From Thermodesulfobacteriota bacterium (GTDB taxonomy: Bacteria; Desulfobacterota; Desulfarculia; JACQYL01): a DNA stretch of 64,000 nt. The stretch lies in NCBI GenBank assembly GCA_963675595.2, contig CAXXLZ010000002.1, positions 2,432,001 to 2,496,000 on the forward strand, given 5' to 3'. The position numbers and the translations under genes are program-made. The notes below the pieces were generated by a model. That model was not told the origin of the DNA, made no database searches, and saw only the letters and a program-made list of their open reading frames with translations. Positions 31,572-42,296 of this stretch are shown one piece after another (the stretch's first letter is position 1; each line of letters starts with the position of its first letter).

Positions 31572-33530
31572 ATGAGAATCGTACTCGCCCGACGCATCAG
31601 CCAGTGTTTCTTTCTCGCACTTTTCTTGTGGTTCTGTCTGGTCGCCGTCTTGGGGGAGCATTGGTGGGAGCTGCGGGGCTGGCCGGTAAACTGGTTCCTG
31701 GAGCTCGACCCGCTGGTGGGCGCGGCCACCCTGCTGACTACTCACACCCTGTATTCCGGCCTCATTTGGGGAGTCGTGACCGTGGTGCTCACCGTACTAT
31801 TGGGAAGGTTCTTCTGCGGTTGGCTCTGTCCCTTCGGCACGATGCATCAGTTTATCGCTTACTTGGGTTTTCGTAAGAAATCCAGCGCGGAGAAAGCCGA
31901 AGTCAATCGTCCCCGCGATGCCATGTCTCTGAAGTACTGGATCCTGATTGCGCTGCTGACCTCCGCCGGTGCTCACCTGCTTTTCCACCCGACTCCTTTA
32001 AGCACGGAAGCATACCCGCTCATCCGCGGTTTGATCGGCGTTTTCCTGGTTGCCGGGGCGGTGGCCACGGCCTTTCTGCTATCGTCACGCCCCTGGAAGG
32101 GAGTCGCTCTGGTCGTCGCTTTGATCGGTATCCGCGTGCTCCTCGGCCTCTGGGTCCCCATGAATCGGATCACCGTGGGAGCGCTTCAAACCGGCCTCCT
32201 GGACCCCATACCCTTGGTGCACCGCTCGGTGAATCTCGCCCTCCTGCCTCTTCTGGACCGACTCGGCCTCGGCACGGCCGTTCATCCGCGTTCCTACGAC
32301 GGTGTTTGGCCCATCGGCATCTTCTTCCTGGCGGCGCTCCTGCTGAACCTGCTCGTACCTCGATTTTATTGCAGGTTCGTATGCCCATTGGGGGCGCTCT
32401 TCGGTGTGCTCGGCCGCTTCAGCCTGTGGAGGATCGGCAAAACGCGCGCGGAATGCCTTAACTGCGACCTGTGCGAAGCGGAATGTGAAGGAGCCTGTAG
32501 ACCCTCCGGAAAGATTCGAACGGGCGAGTGCGTTCTCTGCATGAAGTGCCTCGATCGCTGCCCCAAAGGGCTTATCGTCTTTGGCACCGCACCCTCTGCG
32601 TCGGGGGAAACCCTCGCTCCGGACATATCCAGGCGCGCCTTTGTGACCTCCTTTGTGGTCGGCGCGGCGGCGATTCCCATGCTTCGCTTGCAGGGCGGCG
32701 TCGGGTCGAACTGGAATCCCCGTGTTCTGCGCCCCCCCGGAGCGTTGGCGGAAAAGGAGTTCCTATCCCGATGCATCAAGTGCGGCCAATGCATGCGCAT
32801 CTGTCCCACCAACACGATACACCCGGCGGGTTTGGATTGCGGATTCGAAGCCCTGTGGACTCCCGTTCTCAATTACCGCATCGGCAGCAGCGGCTGCCAG
32901 CTCAGGTGCATCGCCTGCGGGCATGTGTGTCCCACCGCGGCCATCCGCCCTCTCACTCTCGATGAAAAATTGGGGAAAGAAGAATTCGCCGCCTTTGGTC
33001 CGATCAGGATGGGCACGGCGTTCATTGACCGCGGACGCTGCCTGCCGTGGGCCATGAAGAGACCGTGCATCGTGTGCCAGGAAAACTGTCCGGTGAGCCC
33101 CAAGGCGATCACCACCCGGGAGCATTTATACGAGATCGAGACGGAGTCGGAGCTTCGCGTTCAACAGGCCGCACCAAACCAGGCGGACTTGCGGGACTCG
33201 CCTCTGAACCCGGAACGCTTGTCCACCGGCGATTACTTCTGTTCCGTGGTCGGCGGAGCGGACCACCGGCCCAGGCTGATTACGGGAAACAGCTCCGGGA
33301 CCCTGGTCATCGCACCGTCGGATCCCTGGCGGCCGCCGCCCGAGCCCGGAGACGAAATCCGTCTGCTCCTTCGGGTCCAAAGGCCTGATGTGGACCCCGA
33401 TCGGTGCATTGGTTGCGGTATTTGTGAACACGAATGTCCGGTGAAGGGAACCGGAGCGATCCGTGTTTCTCCGGAGAATGAAACTCGAGACCGAAACCAC
33501 TCCCTGCTGCCGCCCACAAGCCGAAGCTGA
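31572..33530 (+). CDS. Membrane 4Fe-4S protein (NapH/MauN-like fused to NapG/MauM-like)
   Basis: GRFFCGWLCPFG, RFYCRFVCPLGA, LRPPGA, several CxxCxxCxxxCP motifs. Confidence 0.88.
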   Translation: MRIVLARRISQCFFLALFLWFCLVAVLGEHWWELRGWPVNWFLELDPLVGAATLLTTHTLYSGLIWGVVTVVLTVLLGRFFCGWLCPFGTMHQFIAYLGFRKKSSAEKAEVNRPRDAMSLKYWILIALLTSAGAHLLFHPTPLSTEAYPLIRGLIGVFLVAGAVATAFLLSSRPWKGVALVVALIGIRVLLGLWVPMNRITVGALQTGLLDPIPLVHRSVNLALLPLLDRLGLGTAVHPRSYDGVWPIGIFFLAALLLNLLVPRFYCRFVCPLGALFGVLGRFSLWRIGKTRAECLNCDLCEAECEGACRPSGKIRTGECVLCMKCLDRCPKGLIVFGTAPSASGETLAPDISRRAFVTSFVVGAAAIPMLRLQGGVGSNWNPRVLRPPGALAEKEFLSRCIKCGQCMRICPTNTIHPAGLDCGFEALWTPVLNYRIGSSGCQLRCIACGHVCPTAAIRPLTLDEKLGKEEFAAFGPIRMGTAFIDRGRCLPWAMKRPCIVCQENCPVSPKAITTREHLYEIETESELRVQQAAPNQADLRDSPLNPERLSTGDYFCSVVGGADHRPRLITGNSSGTLVIAPSDPWRPPPEPGDEIRLLLRVQRPDVDPDRCIGCGICEHECPVKGTGAIRVSPENETRDRNHSLLPPTSRS

Positions 33531-33640
33531 GCCGGAGAGCGTGGTCGACGCCTGCTCGCAGGAGCATCCCGCTTCGCCCGTAGTTGCATGCGCGGAGGGC
33601 GCATTCAGTCGGATGACAACCCTGGAAAGGAGAAGTTGTT

Positions 33641-34864
33641 ATGTCTTCGGAAAAGAAAACATGGTCGCGCAGGAATTTCCTGATCACCGCCGGTGCGGCG
33701 GGCGCGGGGTCTCTGCTGTTCCCAAGGAGCGGGCAGGCCGATCAATCCACATCCAACGAAGACGCGCCTTCCCCAATTCGCGTGCCCAAACGGCCCTTGG
33801 GAAAAACCGGTGTGGAAGTTCCCATACTCTCCCTTGGAGGCGCCATCGACCTGGTTTCGAGACAACTCCTGCTAAGGCAGGCTCTCAAATGGGGAGTGAC
33901 GTATTGGGACACCGCGGCATCCTACACGCGCAGCGAGGAAGGCATAGGAGCCTATTTCAGCAAGAATCCCCAAGACCGCACCGAAGTTTTTCTGGCGACC
34001 AAATCCTCGGCGAGGGATGCATTCGGCATGTCCATGGCCTTGGACAGCGCCTTGGAGAGAATGAACACTTCCTATGTGGACCTCTACCTGGTCCACATGC
34101 TCGGAAGCATCGAAGACCTGTTTCCCTACCAACCGGTTGTTCGGTGGATCGAAAAGACAAAAAAGGCCGGCAAGATTCGCTTCTTCGGGTTCAGCACCCA
34201 TAAGAATATGGAGGCCTGTCTGCTGGGAGCGGCCAAACAGGGATGGATCGACTGCATTATGACTTCCTACAACTATCGACTCATGCACACGGACCGCATG
34301 AAGGCCGCTGTGGAAGCGTGCGTCCAAGCGGGAATCGGTCTGGTGGCCATGAAGACGCTGGCCGAAGGTCAGGTGAAGACGAACACGGAGGCGGAACTGG
34401 AACTGGCCGGACGTTTCGTCCAACGAGGGTTCACCGGAGCCCAGGCCGCCCTCAAAGCCGTCTGGGAGAACCCGCACATCACATCCATCTGTTCCCAGAT
34501 GCCGAATCTGAACATTCTTTCGGCCAATGTAGCCGCGGCTTTGGACAGGACCCGACTGACGGAACGGGAAAGGGACCTCCTTCACCGTCATGCCCGAGAA
34601 ACCTGTTCCGGTTACTGCGCCGGCTGCGCCGGGATTTGCGAAGCCCAAACGGACGGTCACGTGCCCATCGGCGATGTGATGCGGTATCTCATGTATGCCC
34701 GAACCTACGGGAACCGTGATCTTGCCGGAACCCTCTACGGAGACATTCCCCCGGACGTACGAGAGCGCATCACCCGCGTGGACTACACCCGGGCGGAACG
34801 CATGTGCCCGCAGAACATGGAAATTGGACGGCTCATGAAAGAAGCCGCAATGGAACTGGGATGA
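33641..34864 (+). CDS. Tat-signal aldo/keto reductase with C-terminal Fe-S motif
   Basis: SRRNFL; RPLGKTG, WDTAASY, GFSTH, AMK, YCAGCAGIC...CPQ. Confidence 0.88.
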   Translation: MSSEKKTWSRRNFLITAGAAGAGSLLFPRSGQADQSTSNEDAPSPIRVPKRPLGKTGVEVPILSLGGAIDLVSRQLLLRQALKWGVTYWDTAASYTRSEEGIGAYFSKNPQDRTEVFLATKSSARDAFGMSMALDSALERMNTSYVDLYLVHMLGSIEDLFPYQPVVRWIEKTKKAGKIRFFGFSTHKNMEACLLGAAKQGWIDCIMTSYNYRLMHTDRMKAAVEACVQAGIGLVAMKTLAEGQVKTNTEAELELAGRFVQRGFTGAQAALKAVWENPHITSICSQMPNLNILSANVAAALDRTRLTERERDLLHRHARETCSGYCAGCAGICEAQTDGHVPIGDVMRYLMYARTYGNRDLAGTLYGDIPPDVRERITRVDYTRAERMCPQNMEIGRLMKEAAMELG

Positions 34865-35301
34865 GCGGTACCGTGACGTAAGGCACAGTACCGAACCGCG
34901 CCGTAGGGATTCCGTAAGGACTCGATTCTTGATCCCACGGCGGAGTCCGAAGCAGGGCCGGGGGGGTCAGGGCATGCATGCCGCATTCGCCAAGAAGGAT
35001 GCCGACTTTTTCTTCGCCTCCGAAAGAAGAAGCTTGGCGGTTTTCCGAGAGCTCCGCGGCCCACCGCTTACAAGGCCGAGCGCTGCAAACGGCACAACCT
35101 CGTGGAGCCGCGGCCCACCCGCCCCGTACTTGGAGGAAAGCCTCGACGGCTCGCCCAACGGCAAGCCTGCGATGGGTGGAACCTTATGCAGGGTTCCTTA
35201 GGTGACCGTGTGAATGATTGCCGTTTTCATTCTTTGGACAGTCTCATCTAACCGGATTCATCGTACCAAACCCACCAGAAGAGGACGGGAGGACCGGAAC
35301 C

Positions 35302-35862
35302 ATGAGCAGTCTCACGAATCGAAAGTCTCTTTTCATTCTTTTTGCCTTGGCCTGCATTTTGGCCTTTTCCACAAGTCAGGCGATTTGCGAGGAACCGAAA
35401 CCCGAGCCCGCGACCGCCGAAACTCCGGAGCAGCCGCCGGAGAAACTGGAAGTGAGCGGCAAGCGTTACAACGTCGAGACCTCGCGCAAGATGATCAAGA
35501 TCGAAGACGTCGAGGGGCACTATGTGGGCATCAGCGAGACCGTGGGTGTGGATGTCAAATCGGGCCATCAGACTTTCACAACGAGTGTCTCGGACACAAT
35601 CATGGGGAACGGCTCCATGTACGGTTACTACAAGATCGTGATGCCCGACGGCGGCGTTTGTTTCGGCAAGGCGGAAGGAAAGATCACTACCGTTCTTTCA
35701 CCCAACGGCAAGCCGATCACTACCGCGGAAGGAACCTGGACCATGCCCGAAATGATCATGGCCGACAAAATCTATGAAGGCAGCGGAACGTTCTACAGCA
35801 GAGTCATCGGCCCCGGGGTCAGCAGCATGCAGTACGAAGGAGAGCTGAGACAGAAAAAATAG
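35302..35862 (+). CDS. Secreted hypothetical beta-rich protein
   Basis: GGAGG RBS, signal peptide, Pro/Glu linker. Confidence 0.65.
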   Translation: MSSLTNRKSLFILFALACILAFSTSQAICEEPKPEPATAETPEQPPEKLEVSGKRYNVETSRKMIKIEDVEGHYVGISETVGVDVKSGHQTFTTSVSDTIMGNGSMYGYYKIVMPDGGVCFGKAEGKITTVLSPNGKPITTAEGTWTMPEMIMADKIYEGSGTFYSRVIGPGVSSMQYEGELRQKK

Positions 35863-35942
35863 CTTGCCGAACCCACGAGTTCGGGAGTCACCGGGAACCT
35901 CCCGGTGCGGCAAACGGCCTGTGCACATCCCCCCATGTAAAA

Positions 35943-36002
35943 AAGGGGCAGGTCTCCACTTACTCTTTTTCACAGAGAGAGTAAGATGAGACCTGACCCC
36001 TT
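35943..36002. repeat. Inverted repeat resembling REPs found beside RAYT transposases
   Basis: AAGGGGCAGGTCTC ... GAGACCTGACCCCTT; related half-site near 46050. Confidence 0.45.
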
Positions 36003-36264
36003 ATCCGAACAACAGCCCATACGATTTGAGTCCATAAGCCCGCAAAAATGACGGGAATTCCCAATTGACACCGACCATCATTTCCGACGATAACTCTTGA
36101 GACGACCTATTGGCCTATTCTTTCGATAGCGCAAGGAATCTCGCTCGCATCCACCGGCGTCGGAAGGCCGGCACAGAAGCCGGAGCACGGTGTCGACCCG
36201 CCATCGTTTCCTTCGCTTGGACACGCGGGACCGTCTCACAACCCCAATGAAAAGGAGAAGAAAC

Positions 36265-37587
36265 ATGGCCCAAAAACACATCGGATCGGGTTGGAAGTGG
36301 TGGATGGTTCTCCTGTTGGTGCTCGTTATGAACGTGGGAGGGTTGGCTTTCGGGCAGGCTACCACTGAGTGGATCAGTGTGTCTTACGACACGTTGTCAT
36401 CGGCTTATCACAGCAACCACCCAGGAATTACATCAGATGGGCGATATGTGTCGTTCGGCTCCGACGCGAGAGACATAATCGTCGGAGATAACAACAACTA
36501 TTCGGACGTGTTCGTGTACGACCGCGAACTGGACGAATTTGAACTGGTTAGCGTATCATCTGGAGGCACGCAAGGAAACGGTGTGAGTTTCACCAACAGA
36601 ATTTCACCGGATGGCAGATATGTGGTGTTTGTCTCCAACGCAACCAATTTGGTCGCCGGAGATACCAACTCCATGTGGGACATTTTCGTTCATGATCGCG
36701 AAACCGGCAACACTGAGCGTGTGAGTGTGTCTACGGCGGTCACTCAGGCCAATAGTCACTGCTGGTACCCATGGATATCCGAGGGGGGCCGATATGTGGT
36801 TTTCGAGAGTTATGCAAGCAACTTGGTCGCCGGAGATACAAACGGCTACTCCGACGTGTTTCTCCGTGATCGGGAACTGAATACGACTACGAGAATCAGT
36901 GTGTCCGCAGACGGAACGCAAGGGAATGGAAATTCTTGCGGAGCGGTTATTTCCGCAGATGGAGACTACGTCTCGTTTACGTCCGGCTCGAGCAATCTCA
37001 TCGACTGCGACACCAACGGAGTGGCCGATGTTTTCGTGGTGCAGCTCAGCACCGGGACCGTCAGGAGGATCAGCGTCCCATCGGGAGGGTGCTCCGAAGC
37101 CAATGGAGCAAGTGACATTTTCGCCAGAATGAGCATGAACTCCCGCTACGTGACTTTCATCTCCTCCGCTACGAATTTGGTTCCCGACGATACCAACGGG
37201 CATGCAGACATTTTCGTACACGACCTGGTAAGTGGATACACGGAACGAGTGAGTGTGGCATCGGACGGCACCCAGGCCAACGAGACCAGTTATCACCCGA
37301 GTGTTTCCTTGGACGGCAGGTTTGTGGTGTTCGGATCCGCAGCTACAAACTTGGTACCCAATGACACCAATGGATACGTCGACGTGTTCCTCCGGGACCG
37401 GCTCGAAGGCACCACCATCCGCATCAGCGAGGCGGACGACGGCACTCAGGGAAACAATCACAGCAACACAACCTTCATGGCGCAGGGTGTGCCCTACGCC
37501 GCGTATGTATCCCTGGCAAGCACCATTGTTTTCGGAGATACCAACGGTCGAAGGGACATCTTTCTTTACGGCCCGTTCGACGAGTAA
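36265..37587 (+). CDS. Secreted TolB/PD40-like beta-propeller repeat protein
   Basis: About 7 repeats of ISxDGRYVxFxSxAxNLVxGDTNGxxDVFVxD; AGGAG RBS. Confidence 0.85.
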   Translation: MAQKHIGSGWKWWMVLLLVLVMNVGGLAFGQATTEWISVSYDTLSSAYHSNHPGITSDGRYVSFGSDARDIIVGDNNNYSDVFVYDRELDEFELVSVSSGGTQGNGVSFTNRISPDGRYVVFVSNATNLVAGDTNSMWDIFVHDRETGNTERVSVSTAVTQANSHCWYPWISEGGRYVVFESYASNLVAGDTNGYSDVFLRDRELNTTTRISVSADGTQGNGNSCGAVISADGDYVSFTSGSSNLIDCDTNGVADVFVVQLSTGTVRRISVPSGGCSEANGASDIFARMSMNSRYVTFISSATNLVPDDTNGHADIFVHDLVSGYTERVSVASDGTQANETSYHPSVSLDGRFVVFGSAATNLVPNDTNGYVDVFLRDRLEGTTIRISEADDGTQGNNHSNTTFMAQGVPYAAYVSLASTIVFGDTNGRRDIFLYGPFDE

Positions 37588-37785
37588 GGGCTTTCCGGTT
37601 CCTCCGAACGGAAGGCTGATCCGCAGGCTGTCGGCTCGGGGGAACCGAAAGCACGGAAGTTTAAGGCATTCAGCCCATAGCGGCGGAGACCGAATGGGCG
37701 ATGGGTGACTCGAAAATCATAAGGGAATCTGCATTCGGAAAAATAGCGCGAATCCGTTCTGCAGGGAATTGAAAGGCATACGGCG

Positions 37786-38451
37786 GTGAAAAGCGAAGAA
37801 CGTGAAAAAAATATCCTGAATGTCATCCTGAAGGAATATGAAATCACTCGAAACGAGCTGCGAGCGATACACGGCACTCACGAAAAGACCATGTTCTGGC
37901 TCAGTTCCGGTTTACTTGCCGCAACTGCGGCCTGTTTCAAACAGGAATTCAACATCGGCTTCGCATTTATTCCATTGGTCATAATCTCCTATTACGCACA
38001 TCGGATGTATCGATTCACATTGCATATCAACATGTTATCAAGATGGAACATGCGAAACGAAGAGCTGGTGGATTTGCTTTTGAACACAAAAGGCTTGCTT
38101 GATTGGGAACGCCGTTTTGTTCGACGCGGGCTGAAAACAGCCTCCTGGAAATCCATTCTTTCCGCACACTATTTTGCAGAAGGCCTTATGTTCCTTCCGA
38201 GCCTGGTGGTATTCGGAATCTGTCTATTGTTCGCTCCCGCCCCTGCCGCCCAAAAGCTTCAGATTTCCCCTTGCATCCTGAATCCGGTCATCTGGTACGG
38301 CTATCCGGTCCTCGCGTTGAGCGTCTTCATAAGATTCGCGTTTGCCGTTCGGAAGATGAAATTGGACCATGAAAAAGGCCAATCGGTCAGGGACGCCTAC
38401 CAATCAATCACGGGAGGGTCATCAAAGCTCATAGACAAGAATTCCGAGTGA
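37786..38451 (+). CDS. Hypothetical membrane protein (about 4 TM), lower GC
   Basis: 221-aa ORF with hydrophobic segments. Confidence 0.6.
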   Translation: MKSEEREKNILNVILKEYEITRNELRAIHGTHEKTMFWLSSGLLAATAACFKQEFNIGFAFIPLVIISYYAHRMYRFTLHINMLSRWNMRNEELVDLLLNTKGLLDWERRFVRRGLKTASWKSILSAHYFAEGLMFLPSLVVFGICLLFAPAPAAQKLQISPCILNPVIWYGYPVLALSVFIRFAFAVRKMKLDHEKGQSVRDAYQSITGGSSKLIDKNSE

Positions 38452-38552
38452 GGGGTCGAGCTTTCTCATCCTGTAATCGTTATCACGCCGGCCCACCTTG
38501 TATGCGCAGTCCCCCCCTTTGGGACGAAGCCGAACTTGGCAGGACCTTCTTG

Positions 38553-38693
38553 GATTCAGCAGATGTAAGAAACGTTAGGAATTAGTGAGGAAACCTGATT
38601 TCGCCCGCAGCCTTTCCGCCGGAGGCGGTAAGGCCTGTCCAACGTGCTTTGGGAGGGGGCTCGGGGGAGGACTTTCCCGAAAGTCCTCCCCCG
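38553..38693 (-). repeat. REP/MITE-like repeat, family A
   Basis: Reverse complement of the 7.7-kb modules plus palindrome CGGGGGAGGACTTT-CCCG-AAAGTCCTCCCCCG. Confidence 0.8.
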
Positions 38694-38744
38694 CTAGCCG
38701 GCCTCACCTTCCCCCGAGCGCATCGATCAATGCTGTCGGCCCGT

Positions 38745-40136
38745 TCAGAATTGAGGAGCAGCGTCCGGGAGACTCGCGCTGTCGATGCCTTCGCAAAGCG
38801 CGTTGTGCACGGTCAAATTGCCTTGGGCGTCCAGCGTCACCGTCCAGATGGTGTCGTAGTCGTCGGCCGGCCAAACATCGCCGGGCACCATCTCGCCGGT
38901 GCCTCCGTAGCCTGCAAGCAGCACGTTTACCGTGGGTGGATAGTGATCGTGTTCCCACGCCAGCAGGATGGTCTGGTTGGAGAACCTACCGCCGGTGAAG
39001 AAGAATTTGGCGGTGGCCGCAAATGAGCTCAGCCCGTAGAAATCGATCCCGTCCGCGCTGGTTGCCAGACCATAGGGCAGGTTGTTGGCGATGGCATACG
39101 GCTCGGCCGTCAATGACGGCCTGACGTAGGAATAGTCGATATCACCGGGGATCGGCAGCGATGGATCGATGGAATAGACCCGATCCGGACTGATTTTGCC
39201 TTTCAGCGCGCCGGGGAGGGCGAGTGCGCGCCATTGCCCCGTACCCACCAGGTTGCCGTCCTCCCAATTGTCGGTCGGGTGAGCCTCCGCATGGCGGATC
39301 ATGTACACCGTTTCGTTGGTGTTCATCCCCTCCGGAACGACCGCCCCGTCGACTCCTCCGGTCCTCGTGATGTTGAAAGGCGTCTGCAGGCCGCATTCCG
39401 CGGGCGCCACCGGCGACGGCAGTTCCGGGTAGCCGGCGGGAGGGTTCAGATCGGCGTTGTAGGCGGCCAGGGCGACTTCTCCGGATGGGGCGATGGAGAT
39501 CGCATAGACATAATCGGGCCCCCTGTAGCTCGTGGGAATTTTCAGATTGTAACCTTGGGCGCTGTTGATGCCCGTCAAAAGAACGCCGATGGTTTCCCAG
39601 GGCGCGCAGAAGACATAAAAGCCCGGATTGTCCGCTTGGATGACGCCGGTTGCCAGGGTGACGTTGTTGTCCGCCGTGTTGTTGAAATCCAGCCCCCGGC
39701 CCGCTCCGGTATACGAAGCATTCAGCGGGTAGCTGTCCGCGGTGTATGAATCCAGCGTGATCTGGTTGAGAAGGGCGAACTGCTGAACGTACCAGATGGC
39801 CGCCATGTCCGGATAATCATGTTCGGTTTGAGGATGGGTCATGGGCTCAAGAGTGTAAATGCGGGTTACGTTGTGCCCCCCCAGCACCTCTTCTTTCAGA
39901 TACCCGGCCAAGAGGAGCGATCGCTGCAGACCCCGGTTGGTGAGGTTTGCCGTATCCGGATTGACATCGCCGGATCCCTGGTAGACCAAATCGGGACTTA
40001 CCACGAAAATCAGATTCAGGTTTTCGGAACTCAACGGAGTGGTTGCGTCGGGAGGGAACGCACGCTCGTCGCGATTATCCCCGCATCCCGCGACCAGGGT
40101 CAGGACAAGACACAAAAACAGGAAAATTCTATTCAT
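38745..40136 (-). CDS. Hypothetical lipoprotein with histidine-phosphatase-like motif
   Basis: Start MNRIFL, lipobox VAGC; YMIRHAE, RPSLT, LAWEH in the C-terminal half. Confidence 0.65.
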   Translation of the reverse strand: MNRIFLFLCLVLTLVAGCGDNRDERAFPPDATTPLSSENLNLIFVVSPDLVYQGSGDVNPDTANLTNRGLQRSLLLAGYLKEEVLGGHNVTRIYTLEPMTHPQTEHDYPDMAAIWYVQQFALLNQITLDSYTADSYPLNASYTGAGRGLDFNNTADNNVTLATGVIQADNPGFYVFCAPWETIGVLLTGINSAQGYNLKIPTSYRGPDYVYAISIAPSGEVALAAYNADLNPPAGYPELPSPVAPAECGLQTPFNITRTGGVDGAVVPEGMNTNETVYMIRHAEAHPTDNWEDGNLVGTGQWRALALPGALKGKISPDRVYSIDPSLPIPGDIDYSYVRPSLTAEPYAIANNLPYGLATSADGIDFYGLSSFAATAKFFFTGGRFSNQTILLAWEHDHYPPTVNVLLAGYGGTGEMVPGDVWPADDYDTIWTVTLDAQGNLTVHNALCEGIDSASLPDAAPQF

Positions 40137-40515
40137 CGTCGTCACCCTCTTTGATTCATTTGTTCGGACATCGCGCGAAAGCCGGAAACAGCTCCGGTTG
40201 CTTCCGGTATATCTTATTACAAAGCGGGAAGAGTAAAAAGACCGTAACCATTCGGACCGAGAGACTTCCGTATTTATTCTCACCGTCTCCGCCGACACAC
40301 CATTCCCGGGCCCTCCCCAATTCTCCACAAACACGCACCAAACGTCTTCGGATCCTACGAAGGGACAAGACTCCGACGACATCCCCCACGCAATGTCCGA
40401 ATCCTGAAGCCCTTCATGCGCTTTTCACAATACGATACTTGATTTTTTCTACCGGATTGCCGATGGTTGGGCATCCCCGCACGTGCGGGCCCACCAACCC
40501 CGACACGAGACCTTT

Positions 40516-42195
40516 ATGTCCGTAGTCCGACTGGCCGCCATGGCGACCCTCATATGTGCGCTTGTCGCCGCTTGTGCCCCGCGTCCGACCGGGGACGTCG
40601 GCACGCGGCCTACGGAGATGGGCCTGCTGGAAGACCCCGGCGGCCTCATGGACATCGGCCAAGCCGCCGCCCCGGACCGCGCCGGCGATTACCGCATGGA
40701 GCCGGGCAACCGCCTCTCCCTGGGCTTTTCCCTCTCCACCCTGTGGGTGCGCCTAGCCCTGGAACAAACGCCGCCCACCGGCTCCTGGGTGCTGGAGCTG
40801 CCCTCGCCCTGGCTGGATCGAGTGGAGCTCTATCTGCCCCGTCCCCATGGAGGCCGTCTCAGGTTGGCCACCGGCCTGCTGCTGCCGCCGGCACGGGCGG
40901 ACGCCGACTGCTTCGTGCTGACCGCCCCGGAGGACACTCCCCGGCACGGCTACGCCTATCTGCGCCTCAGCGCCCGCTTGTCCCTCAACGCGGCCCTCAA
41001 CATCCGGCCCAAAGCGGCGCTGGAAGGGCACGCGGTGCGGCGAGCCTATCTGCTGGGCGCCCTGTACGGCATCATGGGGGCCATGGTCATGGTCAACCTC
41101 CTGGTGTTCATCACCACCCGCGACCGGGCCTACCTGTATTATGTGCTCTATTTGTTCAGCATGAGCTTCCATCAGTTCTGCCTGCAGGGTCAGGTGCTGC
41201 TGCTGCCCACCTCGGCCTGGCCCCTGATCCCGCAACTCAGCCTGGGGATCACCTCGGTCATGTTCTTTTTCGGGGCCGCCTTTTGTCGCTCCTTCCTGCA
41301 CGTGCGGGTGAACGCCCCCATGTGCGCCCGCCTGCTCACCGGGGTGCAGGCGGCCGCGGTGGTGCTCATGGTGCTCGTCCTGGGGGGGCGCGTTTTTTGG
41401 GGTACCTGGCTGGCGCACTCCATGGCCCTGGTGGGGCCCCTGGTGGGCATTGCCGCCGGTTTTTTCGCCCTGGCCCGGGGCTTTCGGCCGGCCCGGTTCT
41501 ACCTGATCGCCTGGTTGGTGCTCCTGTTGGGGGCCATGGCCTGGGGAGCGTGGAGCATGGGACGGCATCTGCCCGTTCCCCTGGCGCTGGCCGATCGGGT
41601 AGCCACCATGCAGCGCGAGCGCCTGGTGCTGGCCCGACGGGAGCGGCGATACCGCCAAATGAGTGTCACCGACGAACTCACCGGGCTGTACAACGCGCGT
41701 TATTTCTGGGGTTGTTTGGACACGGAGATCGACCACGCCCTGGCCACCGGCCGTCCCTTGGGTTTGGTCCTGCTGGACGTGGACGACTTCAAGCTCTTCA
41801 ACGACACCCACGGCCACTTGGAGGGCGACCGAGTGCTGGCCGAGCTGGGCCGGCTGCTGTGGAACGCCGTGCGCCCCACGGACTCGCCCTGCCGTTACGG
41901 GGGCGAGGAGTTCGCCCTGGTGCTGCCCGACTCCGGAGATGAGGCCCTGCACCAGGTGGCCGAACGGGTACGGGCGACCCTGGCCTCCAGACCTTTCCCC
42001 CTGCAGACCGGCCGGGTGGTCACGGTAACCGCCAGCCTGGGCACCGCCCAGTTCCGGCCCGGCGACGACGCCAAGACCCTGATGGGGCGAGCCGACCGAG
42101 CCCTCTACCAAGCCAAGGCCCGAGGCAAGAACTGCACCGTCGTGGCGGATGAAGACCACCCCCCGCGACCCGACTTCACGATCCCGCCCGCATAG
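40516..42195 (+). CDS. 7TMR-DISM sensor diguanylate cyclase
   Basis: LWVRL and WLDRVELY (DISM2-like), TM region, TDELTGLYN, NDTHGHLEGD, RYGGEEF. Confidence 0.88.
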   Translation: MSVVRLAAMATLICALVAACAPRPTGDVGTRPTEMGLLEDPGGLMDIGQAAAPDRAGDYRMEPGNRLSLGFSLSTLWVRLALEQTPPTGSWVLELPSPWLDRVELYLPRPHGGRLRLATGLLLPPARADADCFVLTAPEDTPRHGYAYLRLSARLSLNAALNIRPKAALEGHAVRRAYLLGALYGIMGAMVMVNLLVFITTRDRAYLYYVLYLFSMSFHQFCLQGQVLLLPTSAWPLIPQLSLGITSVMFFFGAAFCRSFLHVRVNAPMCARLLTGVQAAAVVLMVLVLGGRVFWGTWLAHSMALVGPLVGIAAGFFALARGFRPARFYLIAWLVLLLGAMAWGAWSMGRHLPVPLALADRVATMQRERLVLARRERRYRQMSVTDELTGLYNARYFWGCLDTEIDHALATGRPLGLVLLDVDDFKLFNDTHGHLEGDRVLAELGRLLWNAVRPTDSPCRYGGEEFALVLPDSGDEALHQVAERVRATLASRPFPLQTGRVVTVTASLGTAQFRPGDDAKTLMGRADRALYQAKARGKNCTVVADEDHPPRPDFTIPPA

Positions 42196-42296
42196 GCGCC
42201 CGCCGGACCACCCATGTTCACTGGGGGAAATACCATGTTGGCCTCAGGTGCTCGATCGTTATGATGGAGCATCACCCAAACAGAAAGGAGACCAAC

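Noticed and set aside
36400-37560. Repeated GATACCAACGG-like nucleotide motifs
   Set aside because: They reflect protein-level beta-propeller repeats (DTNG), not a DNA array.
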